From: Thermoplasmata archaeon
Lineage (GTDB): Archaea > Thermoplasmatota > Thermoplasmata > GCA-020350865
DNA: 64,000 nucleotides
Reading direction: 5' to 3'
Assembly (NCBI GenBank): GCA_020348445.1
Contig: CP070751.1
Span: forward strand, 615,901-679,900
Shown in pieces: positions 38,233 through 49,204 of the stretch. Made by a program: the position numbers and the translations under genes. The first letter of the stretch is position 1; the number at the start of each line of letters is the position of its first letter. A model generated the notes under the pieces. That model made no database searches, was not told the DNA's origin, and saw only the letters and a list, made by a program, of their open reading frames with translations.

Positions 38233-38820
38233 ATGAGCAAGAAGAGAAAAAGAAGAGAATCTGATGACGACGATTACTGGCGGGACCATGATTCGTTTTT
38301 CGACGATTTCTTTGAATTTGGAGATATTGACAGGGAATTTACGCGCATGAGGGAATTTATGGATAAGATCACCAAACGCGCAATGCGTGGTGAGTTGGGC
38401 ACTCAGGAGCAGGGACCCTATGTTTACGGTTTTTCCATGCGCCTTGGACCTGACGGAAAACCCCATATTGAGGAGTTCGGTAACACAAAACCTCCAAGGA
38501 GGCTTGAGGGTGGTGAGGGTGAACAGTTCGAAGTTGCCGAGAGGGAGCCTTTAACTGATGTCATCGAATCCAAGGATTCCATTTCCATAACCCTTGAGAT
38601 ACCAGGCGTGGACAAAGATGAGATTGAGCTTACAGTCGAGGAAGATAAGGTTTCCATAAACGTCGATACCTCCCAGCGCAAATATTTCAAGGAGATACCG
38701 CTAAAGTCCAGGGTGGATCCTAAGACATCCAAGGCAACATACAAGAACGGAGTTCTGGATATCATACTAAAGAAACTGCAGACCAAGGGTCAAAAAGGTA
38801 AAAAGGTGAAGATCGATTGA
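38233..38820 (+). CDS. hsp20: Hsp20/alpha-crystallin small heat-shock protein
   Basis: 195 aa. ACD motifs ISITLEIPGVDKDEIELTVEEDKVSI ... ATYKNGVLDIILKK. Confidence 0.85.
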   Translation: MSKKRKRRESDDDDYWRDHDSFFDDFFEFGDIDREFTRMREFMDKITKRAMRGELGTQEQGPYVYGFSMRLGPDGKPHIEEFGNTKPPRRLEGGEGEQFEVAEREPLTDVIESKDSISITLEIPGVDKDEIELTVEEDKVSINVDTSQRKYFKEIPLKSRVDPKTSKATYKNGVLDIILKKLQTKGQKGKKVKID

Positions 38821-38876
38821 ACATCGATTCAAGCAAAATTTTAATAGAATAATCATACTTTTCCGTGGGATTAAAT

Positions 38877-39602
38877 ATGGAGCAAAGAAAGGAAGAAAAG
38901 AAAACGCAAAAAGAAACAGAAGAAAAAATCAACAATGAACTGGTAAAGAAGGATAAAGTGGAAATCAAAACCATACCAAAGGATCCACTAATGGCCATCG
39001 AGAGTGAAGTAAAGGCAACAGGATTAAAGGATGATGAACCCACCTCCAAACAAGAGGATAAAGGATTTGATATAGAAGCCTTGAAAGTCTCCTTGGATGA
39101 CAAGACAAAGCTCGCCGATGATTACTATGATAGACTCATGAGAATCCAGGCCGAATTCGACAACTATCAAAAGAGGGCAGAGAAAGAAAAGGAGGATTTC
39201 AGAAACTATGCCAATGCCCAATTGATAAAGGATCTTTTAGGGATTCTGGATGATTTTCAAAATGCGTTATCAATTAAGGAAGAAGGGTCAAACAGGGAGT
39301 TTCTAAGGGGCTTTGAGATGATTTATGAGAACCTATTGGGGATGCTAAAAAAGGAGGGCCTTTGCATAATCAAGGCAGAATCTGAAAAATTCGATCCTTG
39401 GAAGCATGAAGCAGTGGAGATGGTACCCACAAAGGAGCATCCCGATCATACTGTTTTGAGTGTTATTCAACCCGGTTATATGTTCAAGGATAAGATTTTA
39501 AGACCTGCAAAGGTCAGGGTCGCGATAGGCCCAAGTGTAGAAGAAAATAAGGAAGATAATGGTGATAAGGATTCTGAATCCGGGGAGAATGAGGAAGATT
39601 AA
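38877..39602 (+). CDS. grpE: Nucleotide exchange factor GrpE
   Basis: The track ORF is trimmed to the ATG at 38877. RIQAEFDNYQKRAEKE motif and C-terminal RPAKVRV. Confidence 0.9.
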   Translation: MEQRKEEKKTQKETEEKINNELVKKDKVEIKTIPKDPLMAIESEVKATGLKDDEPTSKQEDKGFDIEALKVSLDDKTKLADDYYDRLMRIQAEFDNYQKRAEKEKEDFRNYANAQLIKDLLGILDDFQNALSIKEEGSNREFLRGFEMIYENLLGMLKKEGLCIIKAESEKFDPWKHEAVEMVPTKEHPDHTVLSVIQPGYMFKDKILRPAKVRVAIGPSVEENKEDNGDKDSESGENEED

Positions 39603-39620
39603 TAATGGAGGTGAAGTAAC

Positions 39621-41489
39621 ATGGCGAAGATAATTGGAATAGATCTTGGGACAACGAACTCGGAAGCGGCGCATATGGAAGGAGGCAGAGCTGTGATAAT
39701 TCCCAGCGCAGAGGGTAGCACGTTCGGCGGAAAGATGTTTCCTTCGGTTATAGCCTTTACAAAGGAAGGGGAGAGACTGGTTGGCGAGCCTGCAAAAAGA
39801 CAGGCGGTCCTCAATCCTGAAAGAACGATAACCAGGATAAAGCGGAAGATGGGTACAGACTACAAGGTAACAATCGATGATAGAACCTACACACCTCCTG
39901 AGATATCTGCAATGATTCTGCAGAAGATAAAAAGGGATGCAGAATCCTATCTTGGTCAGGAGGTAAAGCAGGCTGTAATCACGGTTCCGGCATATTTTAA
40001 CGATAATCAGCGCCAGGCCACCAAAGACGCGGGTACGATTGCAGGCCTGGAGGTTCTCAGGATAATAAACGAGCCAACTACGGCTGCACTGGCCTATGGT
40101 CTTGATAAAAGCGAGGACCAGAAGATAGTGGTTTTGGATTTGGGTGGAGGAACATTCGATGTCACGATAATGGATATTGGTGAGGGTGTGTTCGAGGTAT
40201 CCTCCACGGCAGGTGATACTCAGCTTGGCGGAACAGACATGGATGATAAGATCATCGAATACATGATTTTGGAGTTCAAAAGCAAGGAGGGAATCGACCT
40301 TTCTGACGACAGGTCAGTGCTTCAGAGGTTGAGGGATGCTGCCGAGAAGGCAAAAATCGAGCTTTCAAGTACAGTTACCACCACAATTAACTTACCCTTC
40401 ATAGCCTCCGATTCCTCTGGTCCAAAGCATCTTGAAATGAAACTGAGTCGGGCAAAGATGGAGGACCTAGTGGGACCGGTTCTTGCAAGATGTGAGGGGC
40501 CCATAAAAAGAGCTTTTTCGGATGCGAAACTGGATTTTAAAGATATCGACAAGGTTATCCTGGTTGGTGGTCCAACAAGAATGCCCATTGTTAGGGAAAA
40601 GTTCGAAAAGATAATCGGGAAGAAGGCCGAAAGAGGAGTTGATCCCATGCAGTGCGTGGCAATGGGAGCAGCGATTCAGGGGGGTGTTCTGGCTGGCGAG
40701 GTAAAGGACCTCTTACTACTTGATGTCACACCACTTTCCTTGGGAGTGGAGACTTTAGGCGGGATAGCCACAAGGTTGATAGACAGGAATACGACGATAC
40801 CCACTAGAAGAAGTCAGATATTTTCCACAGCTGCTGATTTCCAGACTAACGTAGAGATTCACGTGTTTCAGGGTGAGAGGCAGATGGCCACAGACAATAT
40901 CAGCCTTGGGAGATTCCATTTGACAGGTATACCGCCAGCACCAAGAGGTATTCCACAGGTGGAGGTCACTTTTGATATAGATGCCAACGGTATCGTGAAT
41001 GTTTCGGCCAAGGATCTGGGTACAGGAAAGGAGCAGAGCATCACGATATCTGGCAGTACAAATCTCAGTCAGGATGAGATAGAAAAGAAGATCAAGGACG
41101 CCGAGAAGTACGCCGAGGAAGATAAAAAATATAAAGAGGCAATTGAAATAAAAAATCAGGCTGAAAGTCTGGTCTACAATGCCGAGAAGACCATAAAGGA
41201 ACACGGGGACAAGGTAATTACCGAGGATAAAAAGGCAATGGAAAAGGCCATAGAGGAATTGAAGGAATCCATGAAGGGTGATGATGTCGCAAAGATCAAA
41301 TCGGACATAGATAAGGTCCAGGAGGAGGTTCAGAAGATCGGGACCGCCATCTATCAAAAGGTGGCCCAGGAACAAGCAGAGAAGCAGGCAAAGGAGCAGG
41401 CGAGTGCCCCAGAGGAAGGTAAAAGTGAGGAAAAGGAGTACGTGGATGCCGATTATACCATTGAGGATGAGGACGAGGAGAAAAAGTAA
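39621..41489 (+). CDS. dnaK: Chaperone DnaK (Hsp70)
   Basis: 622 aa. [30 protein letters not shown]. Confidence 0.97.
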   Translation: MAKIIGIDLGTTNSEAAHMEGGRAVIIPSAEGSTFGGKMFPSVIAFTKEGERLVGEPAKRQAVLNPERTITRIKRKMGTDYKVTIDDRTYTPPEISAMILQKIKRDAESYLGQEVKQAVITVPAYFNDNQRQATKDAGTIAGLEVLRIINEPTTAALAYGLDKSEDQKIVVLDLGGGTFDVTIMDIGEGVFEVSSTAGDTQLGGTDMDDKIIEYMILEFKSKEGIDLSDDRSVLQRLRDAAEKAKIELSSTVTTTINLPFIASDSSGPKHLEMKLSRAKMEDLVGPVLARCEGPIKRAFSDAKLDFKDIDKVILVGGPTRMPIVREKFEKIIGKKAERGVDPMQCVAMGAAIQGGVLAGEVKDLLLLDVTPLSLGVETLGGIATRLIDRNTTIPTRRSQIFSTAADFQTNVEIHVFQGERQMATDNISLGRFHLTGIPPAPRGIPQVEVTFDIDANGIVNVSAKDLGTGKEQSITISGSTNLSQDEIEKKIKDAEKYAEEDKKYKEAIEIKNQAESLVYNAEKTIKEHGDKVITEDKKAMEKAIEELKESMKGDDVAKIKSDIDKVQEEVQKIGTAIYQKVAQEQAEKQAKEQASAPEEGKSEEKEYVDADYTIEDEDEEKK

Positions 41490-41604
41490 TAGACTCTTAC
41501 ACCACAACTTTTTTTTAATGGTATTCTTTAACACCATTACATTGAGCAAATAAGTCGCTCGAATATGACCGGAATCTGAAAGGAGGTCACTCGGAGGTCC
41601 AAAA

Positions 41605-42729
41605 GTGACAAAGCGGGACTATTATGAAATTCTGGGTGTGGACAAGAACGCCACAAAAGATGCCATAAAAAAGGCCTACCGCAAACTCGCAAAGAAGTAT
41701 CACCCTGACATGAACAAGGAAAATCCAAAGCAAGCAGAGGAGAAGTTCAAGGAAATCTCAGAAGCCTATGGCGTTCTGGGTGATGAAACGAAGCGAAAAC
41801 AATATGATATGTACGGCCACGCAGGAATTGACAGTAGATACTCCCAAGAAGATATTTTCAGGACCATCAATTTCGAGGATATCTTCGGGGAGATGGGCTT
41901 TGGATTCGGTGGATTTGATAGTATATTTGACACTTTTTTTGGGGGGGCAAGATCCAGAAGGCGGGGCCCTGCAAGGGGTGAGCACATATTCTTCGATCTG
42001 GAGATCGATTTAAAGGAGGCGGCCTTCGGCACTAAAAAAACCATAAAGGTTCCAAGGTTAGAGAGCTGCAAAACCTGCAAGGGTAGCGGTGCCAAACCCG
42101 GCACAAAACCTAAGCAATGTTCCTCCTGCAAGGGAACAGGCCAGATAAGGGATGTGAGAAGCAGCGGATTTGGCCAATTTGTAAGAATCATGCCATGCAG
42201 AAGTTGCAGAGGCTCGGGTGAGAAGATAGAGTATCCCTGCCCAGATTGCATGGGTAAGGGAATGAAACGAAAATACAGGAAGATAACGGTGGAAGTCCCA
42301 AAAGGTGTGGACGCAGGCAACAGGATAAGACTACCTGGAGAAGGGGAGGCCAGTGGGAGCGGAGGGCCACCTGGTGATCTGTTCGTTGTAATCCATATAA
42401 ACCCCGATGACATCTTTCAGAGGGAAGGAAACCATATTCTTTATGATGCAGAGATAACAATCGGCCAGGCAACACTAGGTGATGAGATAGAGGTCCCCAC
42501 ATTGAAAGGAAAAGCCCAGTTGAAAATTCCAAAGGGTACCCAAACACATACAGTCTTCCGCCTTAAAGGCGAAGGAATCCCAGATGTTCACGGCAGGGGA
42601 AAAGGGGATGAGTACGTTAGGGTCATAGTAAAAACACCCACTAAACTCACAGAAAAACAGAGGCAGCTACTTTTGGAGTTCGAAGGCCTGGAAAAAGGCC
42701 CGAAAAAGAAGAAAGGACGGTTTTTTTAA
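41605..42729 (+). CDS. dnaJ: Co-chaperone DnaJ (Hsp40, type I)
   Basis: 374 aa, GTG start. J-domain DYYEILGV...KYHPD, G/F region, four CxxCxGxG zinc motifs. Confidence 0.95.
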   Translation: MTKRDYYEILGVDKNATKDAIKKAYRKLAKKYHPDMNKENPKQAEEKFKEISEAYGVLGDETKRKQYDMYGHAGIDSRYSQEDIFRTINFEDIFGEMGFGFGGFDSIFDTFFGGARSRRRGPARGEHIFFDLEIDLKEAAFGTKKTIKVPRLESCKTCKGSGAKPGTKPKQCSSCKGTGQIRDVRSSGFGQFVRIMPCRSCRGSGEKIEYPCPDCMGKGMKRKYRKITVEVPKGVDAGNRIRLPGEGEASGSGGPPGDLFVVIHINPDDIFQREGNHILYDAEITIGQATLGDEIEVPTLKGKAQLKIPKGTQTHTVFRLKGEGIPDVHGRGKGDEYVRVIVKTPTKLTEKQRQLLLEFEGLEKGPKKKKGRFF

Positions 42730-42754
42730 TCGGTATTAAAGGGTAAGATGGACC

Positions 42755-43180
42755 CTATTCGACCAATATCACGGATTTCAGGGCCCTTCCCTCAGGGCAT
42801 TTTAACTCATCCTTTACTATTGATATTTTGTATTTCTTGTTGCTTTTATGGCCCAGTGAAAAGCAGATCTTGCGATGTTCACAACCCATGTTCAGGCACT
42901 CTTCTTTTTCGATGTTCACCATGGAACCTTCTATTGCATAATTGGAGTCAACAGTGGTTTCGATGGGTGCTTTCTTCAATTCTACGACCCTCACTCCACC
43001 TTCATGCATATTACATTCATGGTGTTTGTCCCTCACACTCACGATCTCGTATAGGGTCCCCTCCTCGAGATTGAAGCAAACAGTCTTTCTCTTGCAGTCC
43101 CTACATTCCGGGATAGGACCGCGAAAGACGAAAGTAATGCCAACCTTGGCCTGGGTTTCTCCCACTAAGGTAACTACCAT
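42755..43180 (-). CDS. UPF0179-family conserved archaeal protein
   Basis: Trimmed to the ATG at 43180, behind GGAGGTG. MVVTLVGE..., Cys-rich (CRDCKRKTVC, HECNMHEGG, CLNMGCEHRKIC). My family assignment is from memory of the UPF0179 pattern. Confidence 0.6.
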   Translation of the reverse strand: MVVTLVGETQAKVGITFVFRGPIPECRDCKRKTVCFNLEEGTLYEIVSVRDKHHECNMHEGGVRVVELKKAPIETTVDSNYAIEGSMVNIEKEECLNMGCEHRKICFSLGHKSNKKYKISIVKDELKCPEGRALKSVILVE

Positions 43181-43200
43181 GAAATTCACCTCCGTATCTA

Positions 43201-44265
43201 TTAGATAACTTGTGTGATTCTCGCTAAATTTTCAGCTGCTTCATGGCTTAAGCCATTGTCTCCCAATATGGTGTACCTGTCCGGGCTGATCTTATGAGCA
43301 TATGTTAAAGCACGGACCACCTCGTCATCCCCCACTCCCAACCTCTTAGCAGTTGTTGGCGCGCCGATGTTAATTAACGCTTCCCTTATCTTCATCCAAT
43401 CCCCGCCGTGAAGATACATCATCATAATCGCCCCAACACCGCACTGCTCTCCATGTAGAGCAGGTTTTTCGGCAATTTCATCCAAAGCATGTGAAAACTT
43501 ATGTTCTGAGCCACTTGCCGGTCGAGAGGAGCCAGCTATGCTCATTGCCACTCCTGAGGAAACAAGGGCCTTGGCCACATACCATGCAGAATCCTCAATA
43601 CCTGGTTTTATCATATCTGAGTTGTCCAGCATGAACCTACCTGTGAGATCTGCCAGCATGGAGGCCGAGCTGGAGAATTCCTCGTTTTTAAGCCTCTGGG
43701 CCAGCTTCCAGTCCATGACAGCCGTTATATTTGCCACCACATCACCACAGCCGGCGGCAAGTAATCTATAGGGTGATTGTGCGATAATATTGGTATCAGC
43801 CACAACTGCAAGGGGTGTTTGGGCTGTAAGAGATTTTCTCTTTCCATCCACGGAAATAGATGCTCTTCCCGAGACTATGCCATCATGTGATGCCGCTGTT
43901 GGGATGCTTAAAAACGGTATGTTACTCTCATGCGAAGCACATTTTGCAACATCGATGGGCCTTCCCCCTCCCACACCTAAAACGAAGTTTGCCTTCAATT
44001 CCTTGATTTGATCCTTCACTTGGGATATATTGTCGGAATTGGCATCAGTGATCATCATTTGATGAACATCGAGTCCATTGTCTGATAGAATCTGCTCCAC
44101 CTTTTCACCGGCGATCTTTTTCGTTATCTCATCAGAGATAATTAACCCAGGTTTTTCCAAATGGAGCCGTATGCAAACATTACCCACCTCATTTATTACC
44201 TCATGTCCTACCATGATTATTCTGGGTAACTCGGTGGTTTTTGACTTCGTGAAAGTCTCGTTCAT
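43201..44265 (-). CDS. egsA: sn-Glycerol-1-phosphate dehydrogenase (archaeal lipid backbone)
   Basis: 354 aa, iron-ADH/DHQS-like fold. VLGVGGGRPIDVAK, SIPTAASHDG, GSEHKFSHAL...HGEQCG. Confidence 0.85.
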   Translation of the reverse strand: MNETFTKSKTTELPRIIMVGHEVINEVGNVCIRLHLEKPGLIISDEITKKIAGEKVEQILSDNGLDVHQMMITDANSDNISQVKDQIKELKANFVLGVGGGRPIDVAKCASHESNIPFLSIPTAASHDGIVSGRASISVDGKRKSLTAQTPLAVVADTNIIAQSPYRLLAAGCGDVVANITAVMDWKLAQRLKNEEFSSSASMLADLTGRFMLDNSDMIKPGIEDSAWYVAKALVSSGVAMSIAGSSRPASGSEHKFSHALDEIAEKPALHGEQCGVGAIMMMYLHGGDWMKIREALINIGAPTTAKRLGVGDDEVVRALTYAHKISPDRYTILGDNGLSHEAAENLARITQVI

Positions 44266-44344
44266 TACAATTCGCCCCCAAACGAACAGAGAGGTTAATA
44301 TAGGCCTTTTCCCTTTTCAAATTATCGGTTGACAAGGAGCGGAT

Positions 44345-45592
44345 ATGACTTTGGGGGATTTTAAAGCATTCTATAGGCGTTACGCCGGGAAATTAGGGCT
44401 TTTGGTGATTTTTGTCATTCTTATCATTCTCGTTCTTGGTTGCATTTTCGCACCCGAGATCTTCTGGGACAAATTCATATACAGGTACTATTGGGGTCCA
44501 GTTGAGGTGGATGCAAAAGAATCTGGTCCGATAATTCAATCAGACGGTTATGAGATAAACCAGGGTTACACCTTGGTTTCGGAGATCACCTATGGAATCG
44601 TGCTTATTTTGGCGTTATACGCCATCTATTGGCTTTTAAATCGCTTTAAGATACAAATCGATGTGAGGTTCGTTTTATCGGTCATGCCATATTTTTTCCT
44701 TGGGGGGACGCTACGTGTTTTGGAGGATGCAGAACTGTATAAAGAGCCCTATGTGTACCTTTTCATCTCACCTTTGATATACTTTGTAATTGCAATTGTT
44801 ATTCTCGTGCAACTATTTTCATCAGTTTATATCGCAAGAAAAAAGGAATATTCCCCCAAAATAAAATTGATATTTTCAGCTTTAATTTGGGTTATATTCG
44901 ATGTCATTTACGTTTTCATATATTTCTTTCATGAGGATGCTTTCAACTATGTGGTTCATCCCATAATGCCCATAATTCTTTCAGTTGTTGTATTCTCATA
45001 TCTGGTTCTTCATACCAGAAGGAACCAGACATTTGATCCCTACTTATCCCTATTTCTATTTGGGTTATTCCTCTTGACTTTTTCAATATTCTTGATAATG
45101 CTATGGCCTGAGATAGATTCTTGGAGATTGGCCTATCTTCAAGCTCAAGGGCGAGCAGAGGTTACCACCAATCCTTTCGGGGGTTTGTTGGTCGTCATCT
45201 TGTCTGTGGCTATCACATTCTGCATATACATCGTGTCCAAGCTCATTCAAAACAAGCGTAAGATAATTGGGATATATACCAATCCCATCAACCTGCTCAT
45301 TATCTTCGGCCAGATGTTCGATGCCACTGCCACCTTCATAGGAGTTGATTTCTATAGATACTCAGAAAAGCACCCGATACCTGATTTCTTCTTCCAAACA
45401 TTCGGCACATCTGCGGTATTTTTACCTATTAAGATGATTCTGGCATTGATGATAATTTACGTCATTGATGTGTCTTTTAAAGAAGAGCTTAAGAAATATC
45501 CCATTCTCATTGGATTGATTAAGATCATTGTCATTGTGCTTGGCCTGGGCCCTGGGACAAGGGATTGCCTAAGACTTGGTATGGGAGTGTGA
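44345..45592 (+). CDS. DUF63-family polytopic membrane protein
   Basis: 415 aa, ~10 TM helices. Conserved-looking GQMFDATATFIGVDFYRYSEKHPIP near the C-terminal third. Confidence 0.55.
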   Translation: MTLGDFKAFYRRYAGKLGLLVIFVILIILVLGCIFAPEIFWDKFIYRYYWGPVEVDAKESGPIIQSDGYEINQGYTLVSEITYGIVLILALYAIYWLLNRFKIQIDVRFVLSVMPYFFLGGTLRVLEDAELYKEPYVYLFISPLIYFVIAIVILVQLFSSVYIARKKEYSPKIKLIFSALIWVIFDVIYVFIYFFHEDAFNYVVHPIMPIILSVVVFSYLVLHTRRNQTFDPYLSLFLFGLFLLTFSIFLIMLWPEIDSWRLAYLQAQGRAEVTTNPFGGLLVVILSVAITFCIYIVSKLIQNKRKIIGIYTNPINLLIIFGQMFDATATFIGVDFYRYSEKHPIPDFFFQTFGTSAVFLPIKMILALMIIYVIDVSFKEELKKYPILIGLIKIIVIVLGLGPGTRDCLRLGMGV

Positions 45593-45602
45593 GGGAAAGA
45601 TA

Positions 45603-46082
45603 ATGAGTGCAAACTATTTTAACAACCTAAATAGAATCGTTGAATTACTACTGAAGGACGAGATCGTTTTAAATAACATAGAAAACCTAAAAACTGAAAT
45701 ACAACGGTCCAAGGAGCCCTTTCTTTGGGAGGTAATCAATTTGGATGTCTATAAACAAGATTTACCTCCAATCATTGAATCGGGTTGGATATTTGTCCTT
45801 AAAAAGAACACACCATCTGTGGCTCATTATCATCCCAATAGTATCCAGCACACAGTGATGATTGAAGGAAAAGGAAAGGTGAATGTATCGGACCAATTGA
45901 GGGACTTAAAATCCTTTAATCCATCAAATGAAGACATATGGATTGTGATCGATAAAGATGTTCCACATGAGTTCTTTCCATATGACCAGGATATGGTTGT
46001 AGTATCCTTTCATACCTGTATACCAGAGGACCTGGTTGAGATAAAATGTGAAGGTCATGAACATCGGATTTATGAAAAATAA
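45603..46082 (+). CDS. Cupin-fold protein (hypothetical)
   Basis: The track ORF is trimmed to the ATG at 45603. AHYHPNSIQHTVMIEGKG ... VPHEF resembles the two cupin motifs. Confidence 0.5.
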   Translation: MSANYFNNLNRIVELLLKDEIVLNNIENLKTEIQRSKEPFLWEVINLDVYKQDLPPIIESGWIFVLKKNTPSVAHYHPNSIQHTVMIEGKGKVNVSDQLRDLKSFNPSNEDIWIVIDKDVPHEFFPYDQDMVVVSFHTCIPEDLVEIKCEGHEHRIYEK

Positions 46083-46126
46083 CGGGATTACCATATAAAA
46101 TATGGTTTAAGGATAGGAGAAATACC

Positions 46127-46579
46127 ATGAACGATATAAAAATCAGAAAAGCAAAGGAATCGGATTTGCAGGTAATCAAAAAACTGCTTACTGAGCTTTT
46201 GGAATCCATGGATGATACAGAGGGAATTGACAAGGATTTGGCCCTTGAAAATTGTAAAGATATCCTTAATGAAACCAATACTCATCTTTTTGTTGCCGAA
46301 ATCGGGGGTATCGTCATAGGATTTATTAATTTCACAATCCGTCAAACACTCGTACATCCTGGTTTATCAGGACTTATCGACGAACTTGTGGTCACAAGAA
46401 AATATCGCGAAATGGGAGTTGGAAAGAAATTGATCGAGGCAGCTGCAAAGAATTGTAAACAACTGGGATGCTGTGAGTTGGAGGTGAGCACTGAAATTAC
46501 TAATGAAATTGCACAAAAATTCTATAAAAGTCTTGGTTTTACGGAAAGGGGAGTAATACTTGAAAAAGAGCTTATTTGA
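46127..46579 (+). CDS. GNAT-family N-acetyltransferase
   Basis: 150 aa. ELVVTRKYREMGVGKKLIEAA is the acetyl-CoA-binding Q/RxxGxG/A motif. Confidence 0.85.
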   Translation: MNDIKIRKAKESDLQVIKKLLTELLESMDDTEGIDKDLALENCKDILNETNTHLFVAEIGGIVIGFINFTIRQTLVHPGLSGLIDELVVTRKYREMGVGKKLIEAAAKNCKQLGCCELEVSTEITNEIAQKFYKSLGFTERGVILEKELI

Positions 46580-46629
46580 GACGATAATCTACTTATAGGG
46601 ACATCAAAATAGAGGTTCAGGGGAAATTT

Positions 46630-47415
46630 ATGATCAAGAGGATTTTGATTATCGGTATTATAGCGATTCTTGTATTGGCAGGATACTTTATCATGCGGGA
46701 TTTTAGTCCTTCATCTGATGAGACATTTGATGTGTCTGAGATAATCGACGGTGATACCATTAGGTTATCAAACGATAAAAGGGTCAGGTTGATTGGTATC
46801 AACGCGCCCGAGAAAGATCAACCCTATTACGATGATGCTACCGAGAAATTAAAAGAATTGATAGGTGATGGCCCAGTGAAATTAAAAAAAGATGTGGATG
46901 ATGAAGACCAATATGGTAGATGGCTAAGATATATTTATGTTAACAAAACCTTTGTGAATCTTGAAATGGTAAAAGAGGGGTGTGCTATCGCCTATGAATT
47001 CCAACCAAATGTAAAGTATTCAGAAGAATTCAAAGAGGCCGAAGGGGAGGCAAGAGAAGCTGGGATTGGAATTTGGGTTCCATCTTCTTTTTCCATCACG
47101 ATCTCTATCTTAAATGCGGATGCAGAAGGAGACGACACAAAAAATCTCAATGATGAGTATGTGGTATTTGCTAATGAAGGCACAACATCCCTAAACATGA
47201 CCCACTGGTTGGTACTGGATCAGGCCAATAATCATTATAGATTTCAGGAATTTGAACTGGAAGCAGGCTCTTTCGTCACTCTCCACTCAGGATCGGGAGT
47301 AGACACCGAAGTAGACATCTACTGGGCAAGCCCAAAACCGATATGGAACAACGATGGCGACACGTTGTATTTGAGAGATGCCGAGGACCTTTTTGTCACC
47401 CATTACAGTTATTAA
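46630..47415 (+). CDS. Membrane-anchored/secreted thermonuclease (SNase) fused to a lamin-tail domain (LTD)
   Basis: 261 aa with an N-terminal TM helix. SNase motifs DGDTIRL...VRLIGINAPE...GRWLRYIY. C-terminal LTD pattern NDEYVVFANEG...LNMTHWLVLD...WNNDGDTLYLRD. Confidence 0.8.
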   Translation: MIKRILIIGIIAILVLAGYFIMRDFSPSSDETFDVSEIIDGDTIRLSNDKRVRLIGINAPEKDQPYYDDATEKLKELIGDGPVKLKKDVDDEDQYGRWLRYIYVNKTFVNLEMVKEGCAIAYEFQPNVKYSEEFKEAEGEAREAGIGIWVPSSFSITISILNADAEGDDTKNLNDEYVVFANEGTTSLNMTHWLVLDQANNHYRFQEFELEAGSFVTLHSGSGVDTEVDIYWASPKPIWNNDGDTLYLRDAEDLFVTHYSY

Positions 47416-47581
47416 CCGCTAAAGAAAAATACAATGAGTTAAAGATTCACGAACAGATTTCCAAAGCTATCAATAGGGGCTATTTATTATTCACTTCATG
47501 CTTTTTACAATAATGTTATATACCATTATTTTGATGCACTTGACACATTTGTTTATCGTTAATAATAGGGAGGTTTTAATT

Positions 47582-48691
47582 ATGGCAGTACCTGAGAAGA
47601 TTAAAACATGGCAGATGGTCTCGCCATGGACTAAGGATAAGGAGACAGGTGAGGTAAGTGAAGGCAAGTTGGAGCTGACAGAGATTCCAGTTCCTGAACT
47701 TAAAGAGGGGGAAGTCTTGGTTAAGGTGGCAGGATGCGGTGTATGCCACACCGATTTGGGATATTTTTATCACGGTGTACCAACTGTGACAAAGCCCCCA
47801 CTGACCCTTGGCCATGAAGTTTCTGGAGTCATTGTGGCTGGAGGGGAGAATTACATTGGTAAGGAAGTAATTGTACCAGCAGTGATGCCTTGTAATGGAT
47901 GCCCCATTTGTGACGAAGGTCGCGGAAACAGATGCCTGATACAGAAGATGCCTGGAAACAGCATGGAGATGTACGGTGGTTTCTCAAGCCACATTCCTGT
48001 TCCAGTGGGAGATCTATGTTTTGTGGAAAACCGCGGAGACTTCAAACTGGAGGAACTGGCTGTGATCGCTGATGCAGCTACGACACCCTATCAGGCCTGT
48101 GTTCGGGGAGATGTAAAAGAAGGAGACAACGTAATCATAATCGGAGTCACAGGGGGAGTGGGTGTTTACATGGCCCAGATGGCAAAGGCCTTTGGAGCCA
48201 AGACAGTAATTGGAATTGCAAGAAATCCTGAGAAACTTGAGCGTGCCCTGAAATATGGGGCAGATTTTGTTATCAACTCCACTGACAAAGATGCCAAGAC
48301 CGTCAAGAACGAGTTCAAAGCCATTTGTAAGGAGAATGGACTACCCCACAATTACGGGTGGAAGATATTCGAGGTCACAGGAACCAAGGCAGGCCAGGAT
48401 ATGGCCCTAACACTCCTTTCGTTCACAGGTAAATTGATAGTTGTGGGCTTTGGGATGCAGAAGAACGAGTACTCGATCTCCAGATTGATGGCCTTCGACG
48501 CCGACATCATTGGAACCTGGGGCTGTCTTCCTAAGTACTACAACAATGTCCTAAAATGGGTGTTGGATGGTACCATCCAGATCAAGCCTTTTGTCGAAAC
48601 AAAGCCCATGAGCCAGATCAAGGAGGCCTTTGAGGAAGCCAAAGCAGGAAAACTCATGAAGAGAATCGTATTGACCCCTGATTTCGAGTAA
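47582..48691 (+). CDS. had: Zn-dependent MDR dehydrogenase, 6-hydroxycyclohex-1-ene-1-carbonyl-CoA dehydrogenase (Had)-like
   Basis: The track ORF is trimmed to the ATG at 47582, behind GGGAGG. VAGCGVCHTDL, LGHEVSG, structural-Zn Cys cluster CNGCPICDEGRGNRC, GVTGGVG Rossmann motif. The Had call rests on genomic pairing with oah; substrate is not proven. Confidence 0.6.
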   Translation: MAVPEKIKTWQMVSPWTKDKETGEVSEGKLELTEIPVPELKEGEVLVKVAGCGVCHTDLGYFYHGVPTVTKPPLTLGHEVSGVIVAGGENYIGKEVIVPAVMPCNGCPICDEGRGNRCLIQKMPGNSMEMYGGFSSHIPVPVGDLCFVENRGDFKLEELAVIADAATTPYQACVRGDVKEGDNVIIIGVTGGVGVYMAQMAKAFGAKTVIGIARNPEKLERALKYGADFVINSTDKDAKTVKNEFKAICKENGLPHNYGWKIFEVTGTKAGQDMALTLLSFTGKLIVVGFGMQKNEYSISRLMAFDADIIGTWGCLPKYYNNVLKWVLDGTIQIKPFVETKPMSQIKEAFEEAKAGKLMKRIVLTPDFE

Positions 48692-48700
48692 GTGGTAAAT

Positions 48701-49105
48701 TCACTCTTCGTTCTCTAACCTCTTGAACATATCAGCGTAGTGACTGGGCATACTGATTGCCTTTCTATTCTTATCAATAAAAACATGGGTGGTGTAGCCT
48801 TCTGCCACTGGCACCAAATCGCTTCCCTCTTTAATCTTGAATATCCTGCTCTCAATTTTAAAGCTCTTCTCTTTTATGTCAGCAAAATTTGTATGGACTT
48901 CAAGGAGGTCATCGAAATACACGGGAGACAGGTATTTGCAGTAGGTGTCCACTATTGGGATGTCCCATTGGTACGGTATGCCTATCTCCCTGTACATCTC
49001 GATTTTACCAACTTCGAAATACAAGAAAAAGCTACCGTAGTATACGACCTCTGCTGCATCAGTTTCCGCATATCTTACCCGAAGCTGGGTCTTGAAGGTC
49101 TTCAT
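48701..49105 (-). CDS. 4HBT/YbgC-type hotdog acyl-CoA thioesterase
   Basis: Trimmed to MKTFKTQLRVRYAETDAAEVVYYGSFFLYFE, which carries the catalytic Asp context typical of the 4HBT family. Confidence 0.8.
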   Translation of the reverse strand: MKTFKTQLRVRYAETDAAEVVYYGSFFLYFEVGKIEMYREIGIPYQWDIPIVDTYCKYLSPVYFDDLLEVHTNFADIKEKSFKIESRIFKIKEGSDLVPVAEGYTTHVFIDKNRKAISMPSHYADMFKRLENEE

Positions 49106-49170
49106 TCTCTCCCCCAATACCATGGTATATCTTTAATTTTCAGTTATCCAAAGCACCGATGTAGTAAATG

Positions 49171-49191
49171 AAAAAAGGGGGAAATTCCCCC
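49171..49191 (-). terminator. Hairpin + oligo-T terminator candidate downstream of oah
   Basis: The minus strand reads GGGGGAATTTCCCCC followed by TTTTTT, 14 nt after the oah stop. Confidence 0.4.
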
Positions 49192-49204
49192 AAATGCTCT
49201 CTAT

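Noticed and set aside
40755-42413. Long antisense ORFs opposite dnaK (264 aa, Leu-rich) and dnaJ (215 aa).
   Set aside because: They are low-complexity shadow frames of highly conserved, confidently identified chaperone genes.
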